DNA of 64,000 nucleotides, taken from the IMG/VR virus record IMGVR_UViG_3300037470_000672, positions 1-64,000 of that record; one strand, written 5' to 3'. The translations under genes and the position numbers were made by a program. This DNA comes from a virus. The notes below the pieces were generated by a model. That model searched no databases and was not told the origin of the DNA. It saw nothing but the letters and a program-made list of their open reading frames with translations. Each line of letters begins with the position of its first letter. Positions within the stretch are counted from its first letter, which is position 1. Positions 60,731 to 64,000 of the stretch are shown here, in pieces.

Positions 60731-61284
60731 CGCATCTTGCTGCGAATGCGAGCCTGGCCCTCGGGCGTGGAGAGGTCAATCGAGGGGACTTTGAGCTTGT
60801 CTGCTACCCGCCAGGCGTGATTGGTCCCGCCCCTTTGATGGTCTATCAGGTTGCGCGCAGCCAAGAGCTGGTTCGCCCCCTGCACTACTCCGACATTGCG
60901 GATGAGGAGAAGCCGAGCACCATCTGAGCATTTTTCGGGATGGGGGTGACACGAGCGCGCCAGCTCCGCCCACTGGAGAAACTCCTGGTTGCCAGGCTGT
61001 TCCCAGCTCCCGCCCGGTAGCTGGTCGTCATCGAAGTGACAGATCAGATGGTTGTCAGGATGCAGAGATTTCGTGTTGTAATCAGGCCAGGGCAGGTAGA
61101 CGTGCACCAAGGTCGGGTCGACCCGATTGGCGCCGCGAGCAAACGCCTGGTCAGGTCCAGCCGCGTTCCCGTGGGTCAGGATGAAGCCCTTGGCGACTAT
61201 GTAGGCGCCCACCTCTTCACAGAGCTGGAGAACTTCCCGGGAGGTACCTCTCCAACCAGCGCAGGCGATCTTAGGGTGGGCCAC
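60727..61284 (-). CDS. SLOG-superfamily (DprA/YspA-like) protein
   Basis: KIACAGWRG...LTHGNAAGPDQAFARGA...RGGTNHA. Confidence 0.8.
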   Translation of the reverse strand: MAHPKIACAGWRGTSREVLQLCEEVGAYIVAKGFILTHGNAAGPDQAFARGANRVDPTLVHVYLPWPDYNTKSLHPDNHLICHFDDDQLPGGSWEQPGNQEFLQWAELARSCHPHPEKCSDGARLLLIRNVGVVQGANQLLAARNLIDHQRGGTNHAWRVADKLKVPSIDLSTPEGQARIRSKMR

Positions 61285-61366
61285 ACACCTAACCTACACA
61301 TAACCGAAGAATGATCAAGTGGTGCTCGGGTTCACGTTGTGCCAGCCTGATTTCGCTTCCGCCCTC

Positions 61367-61428
61367 TTGACAATCCGTATAGCTGCGCGTAGAGTGATCT
61401 CATGTCAGGGACGGTTCCCTGAAGGAGG
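61367..61428 (+). promoter_or_regulatory. Sigma70-type promoter with hairpin leader, the only plus-strand member of the family
   Basis: TTGACA-17-TAGAGT; CAGGGA-CGGT-TCCCTG-AAGGAGG. Confidence 0.85.
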
Positions 61429-61435
61429 TTCCACG

Positions 61436-61567
61436 ATGATGATGCTGAAAGCCGAGGGACGCCGCCTGTACTTCGAGGGAGCGCCCTTCGCCGCGAAGGA
61501 TAGGATCAAGGCGCTCGGCGCCGCGTCTATTGTTTACGACGCTCATTCAGAGTACCCTAGCGGCTGA
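61436..61567 (+). pseudogene. Apparently truncated ORF, 43 aa
   Basis: LYFEGAPFAAKDRIKALGA resembles the repeated domain of 19892-21175, but the sequence breaks off before the usual Trp motifs. Confidence 0.5.
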
Positions 61568-61606
61568 GAGCCGCCGCCACCCAACGCCCCCGCGGGGGCA
61601 GAGGAG

Positions 61607-62423
61607 ATGATGATGACGTCACCGACCGAACGGCCCTCCTCACCGAGAAGATCGTCCCCGCGGGGCATCGAGGTGGTCGAGGTGACTGTGTGCGGCTCGT
61701 CGCTGACCTACACCTACTATATCGACGCGGCGGGCGTCCATCACCCCGCGACTCTCGCGGGGACGCCGTGGGCGCTGGACGGGCGCCCCATCCCCGAGCC
61801 CGACGACGTCGGGTGGCGCGCAGAGATCGGGCACCGACTGCCCGACGCCGAGCACGGCGTCGAGTGGGGCGCGGATGTCGTGGTCGACGACGACGACGAC
61901 TGACACCGTCTCCCTCGCCCGGCGCCGAGGGACTCCGACTGCGCAGCGCCGGTGCCCCGCGAGGGGCAGGCCCCCGAGGTCGCCGCCTGCACGCGGTGGG
62001 GGCCGCACGCTCCGATGACGGGCGCAGCGATAGCGGACGCGGCGCGTGCGCAGAGTGTGGGCGGTTTGCATCTTTGGAGGACTGCTCAGACAGTAGCGGA
62101 CTCGTCGCAGGATGCTGCTCGCGCTGCGCCTCGATGTCACCCTACGCGCGGTCCTTCGCGTGATGCCTAGCCGGCCCGTCGCCTTCGAATTCGAGATACG
62201 CACCACCGAGGGCGTAACGTGGTGCCATGTGCAGGGTTCGGGTGGGCGCGTCGGTGACGGCGCGCTCTATATCACGGACACGACCACCCTCGCGTACGTG
62301 GAGCAAAGACTACTGGCTCGTGTGCGCCTCTTGGCCGAGCGGGGACCGTTATACATCGATGGGCAAGACGTGTGTGTACAGGAAGTCTGCGCGGTTCGTA
62401 TTCGGTATTCGCCTATCTCGTAG
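61607..62423 (+). other. Two hypothetical plus-strand ORFs (61607-61903, 62112-62423)
   Basis: GAGGAG SD before 61607; same strand as the 61367 promoter. Confidence 0.5.
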
Positions 62424-62521
62424 GTGCCCGGCTCTTTCATTTCCGAGACGTACCCTCAATCCGCCCGTACGGGCGGATCGGGGTTGAAGAGAGGGTGCTC
62501 AGATCCTTGGAATTCCAAGAC
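62415..62521 (+). CRISPR. Two decayed repeats in the opposite (plus) orientation, with a palindrome-containing spacer between them
   Basis: About 62415-62449 ...GGTGCCCGGCTCTTTCATTTCCGAGAC and 62483/62486-62521 GTTGAAgagAGGGTGCTCAGATCCTTGGAATTCCAAGAC. Confidence 0.65.
62457..62479. repeat. Dispersed palindrome, copy 6
   Basis: CAATCCGCCCGTACGGGCGGATC. Confidence 0.95.
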
Positions 62522-62561
62522 CGACGCGCTGTCAGCAACACCAACCCGAGCCGTCTTAGGT

Positions 62562-62597
62562 GTCTCGGAATTTCAAGGATCCGAGCATCCTTTCCGG
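62562..62597 (-). CRISPR. Solitary CRISPR repeat facing the plus-strand repeat across 40 nt
   Basis: GTCTCGGAATTTCAAGGATCCGAGCATCCTTTCCGG. Confidence 0.92.
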
Positions 62598-62636
62598 AAA
62601 AAGAGAAAACCCCCAGTCGTGTCCAACTGGGGGATG
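62598..62636 (-). terminator. Probable intrinsic terminator
   Basis: CCCCAGT-TGGACACG-ACTGGGG followed by GTTTTCTCTTTT on the minus strand. Confidence 0.8.
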
Positions 62637-62686
62637 ACTCATGCTGTCCAAGATCACCCGCCTCAACACGTCCCCAGGCATGCCCT

Positions 62687-63036
62687 GGTTGGCTCAACGG
62701 TGCCCCCTTGGGGGCGAGCTTAAGGTAAGTCTCCCGAAAGAAACGACCAGGGCTCGCGGCCGTAGCCAGCAGGAGCTTGCCTCCTGCCGCTCGCACAGCC
62801 AATCCGGACCGTTCTGGCCCGCCTGGCCTTGGGCTCCCCTTCAGCCTCCCCCTGCCGTTGCCGGACAAGGTTCGTCAGGGTTACCCACTCTCCCGCCGGC
62901 TCCCATTCCTGGAAGAGGAGGGTTGGCCCCGAGCAGGGGAGCCGCGCTGTCCGAGGACCCGCTAGCTCTCGGAGGCAGGGCGAACCCAATCTCCGAACCG
63001 GGGCGCATCCTACGGATTCCGCTCCAACCGTCAACC
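62687..63036 (-). ncRNA. Candidate structured non-coding RNA, about 350 nt, unidentified
   Basis: Ends are complementary, there are several internal hairpins, no credible ORF, and a terminator follows. Confidence 0.4.
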
Positions 63037-63049
63037 AAAAAGTGAACAC

Positions 63050-63808
63050 CTACCGCAGAAGAGAGGAACGGACACGCTTGTGGGCCTCAGAGAGCGCCTG
63101 GTCGTACCTGGCGCGCTCGTCTTTCAAGAGCTGCACATCCTGCGCATCTACATCCCCGTCCCCGTCCGCATCCTTAACGAGCCGCAGATAGGCCCGGTTG
63201 TTCGGGTCGATGAAGGACTCAGCCGCCGCCAGCTCCTCGCCCTTCTGCGCCCACAGAAGGGCATTGAGCAGCTCATAGGTCCACGCGGTACGGAGGATGT
63301 CAACCTTCCCGCGGTCGTCCCAGAACTCCTCCGGCGCCGCAATCTCCAGATAGACCGGGCTGTGCGTCAGGCCGGTGTACTGGTCTTCCTTGCCGTCCTT
63401 GTTCTCGTCTCCTCCGGTAGCAGCCTTCCGCAACGGAGACGTGAGAAGCCGTGCGCGCATAACGACGACCATTTGGGCGAGAAGCTGTTCGGATTTGGCG
63501 GCGTTGAGCATCCCAGGCTTGGACAGCTCGGAGATAACCGTGCGGGTGATGTTGGTCAGCAACAGAACATCGACGCGGCCTTTCAGCTCCGGATCGAGGA
63601 GCCACCGCGAGCCCATGATCTGCAAGGAGGGTCGGAAGTACCGCAGGCCGAACTTGCTGAGCCGCCAGAGGGTACCCGACTTCGCCAAGTAGATGAGCAC
63701 AGGGAACAGCGCAAAGAGCCCTAGAACTGCTGTAATGAGCAGGTAGAGGACCCATGTCGGCATGGGAGGGCCTTCAAGACCAGGCGGAGGAGGCGTAATC
63801 TCAGGCAC
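63050..63808 (-). CDS. Membrane-anchored protein with a C-terminal EF-hand/dockerin-like motif
   Basis: TM segment WVLYLLITAVLGLFALFPVLIYL; DADGDGDVDAQD. Confidence 0.7.
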   Translation of the reverse strand: MPEITPPPPGLEGPPMPTWVLYLLITAVLGLFALFPVLIYLAKSGTLWRLSKFGLRYFRPSLQIMGSRWLLDPELKGRVDVLLLTNITRTVISELSKPGMLNAAKSEQLLAQMVVVMRARLLTSPLRKAATGGDENKDGKEDQYTGLTHSPVYLEIAAPEEFWDDRGKVDILRTAWTYELLNALLWAQKGEELAAAESFIDPNNRAYLRLVKDADGDGDVDAQDVQLLKDERARYDQALSEAHKRVRSSLLR

Positions 63809-64000
63809 CGGGCTTGGTCTTTCGGCCGGTGAGCAGCTTGATCAGATCGTCAGCACCGAGATGCCCGAGCCCGTGGTGAAACACCATGGTCCCGAAGCCG
63901 AGCACCAAGCCGAGGGTCAGCTTCTCTCCCCAGGTCGGGTACTCGACAGTCCAGGGACCGGGAACGAAGAGGGACGGGAAAACACATCCGGTGATGGGGA

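Noticed and set aside
832-62561. Self-targeting by spacers or by the flanks of solitary repeats
   Set aside because: By-eye search found only 8-10 nt matches (e.g. TGGAACCTCC near 39282, GTCCTGATCC near 56372, GTAGAATA near the cas12 promoter), none covering the seed. A computational search is still needed.
62872-62880. CTGACGA hammerhead-like core in the candidate ncRNA
   Set aside because: No correctly placed GAAA after a stem II, so a hammerhead cannot be built
1410-63755. Many long plus-strand ORFs opposite minus-strand genes (e.g. 20201-21196, 36651-37460, 40538-41581)
   Set aside because: Typical GC-rich shadow ORFs with no motifs, fully overlapping better-supported genes

Overview
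This window looks like part of a large, GC-rich bacteriophage genome. Almost all genes are on the minus strand, with many small phage-type ORFs, 15 tRNA genes in two clusters, HNH endonucleases, a class II ribonucleotide reductase, RNase HI, MazG-like and ArdC-like genes. I recognised no capsid, tail or terminase genes. Myxobacterial-style lipoproteins and Cys-rich repeats hint at a Myxococcota host (inference). The main result is a distributed CRISPR system. One 36-bp repeat family (crRNA strand GTTGAAA(A/G)GATGCTCGGATC(C/T)TTG(A/G)AATTCCGAGAC) forms a 6-repeat array at the window start and a 3-repeat mini-array directly behind a 592-aa Cas12m-like (type V-M/V-U1) effector whose RuvC D-E-D triad appears intact. 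The same repeat also occurs as at least 8 solitary copies: inside a tRNA operon, in 5' UTRs, between genes, and behind a type IV-B operon (csf1-cas11-csf2-csf3-ibrA-ibrB-cysH) that has no cas6. No cas1, cas2 or cas6 is present in the window. Other highlights: an RF1-type release factor that can only be made through a prfB-like +1 frameshift (CTT-TGA), ten sigma70-type promoters sharing a hairpin-plus-SD leader, six copies of a 16-24 bp palindrome, and a candidate ~350-nt structured RNA. All annotation was done by eye from the sequence and the supplied ORF track. Family assignments rest on remembered motifs, not database searches.
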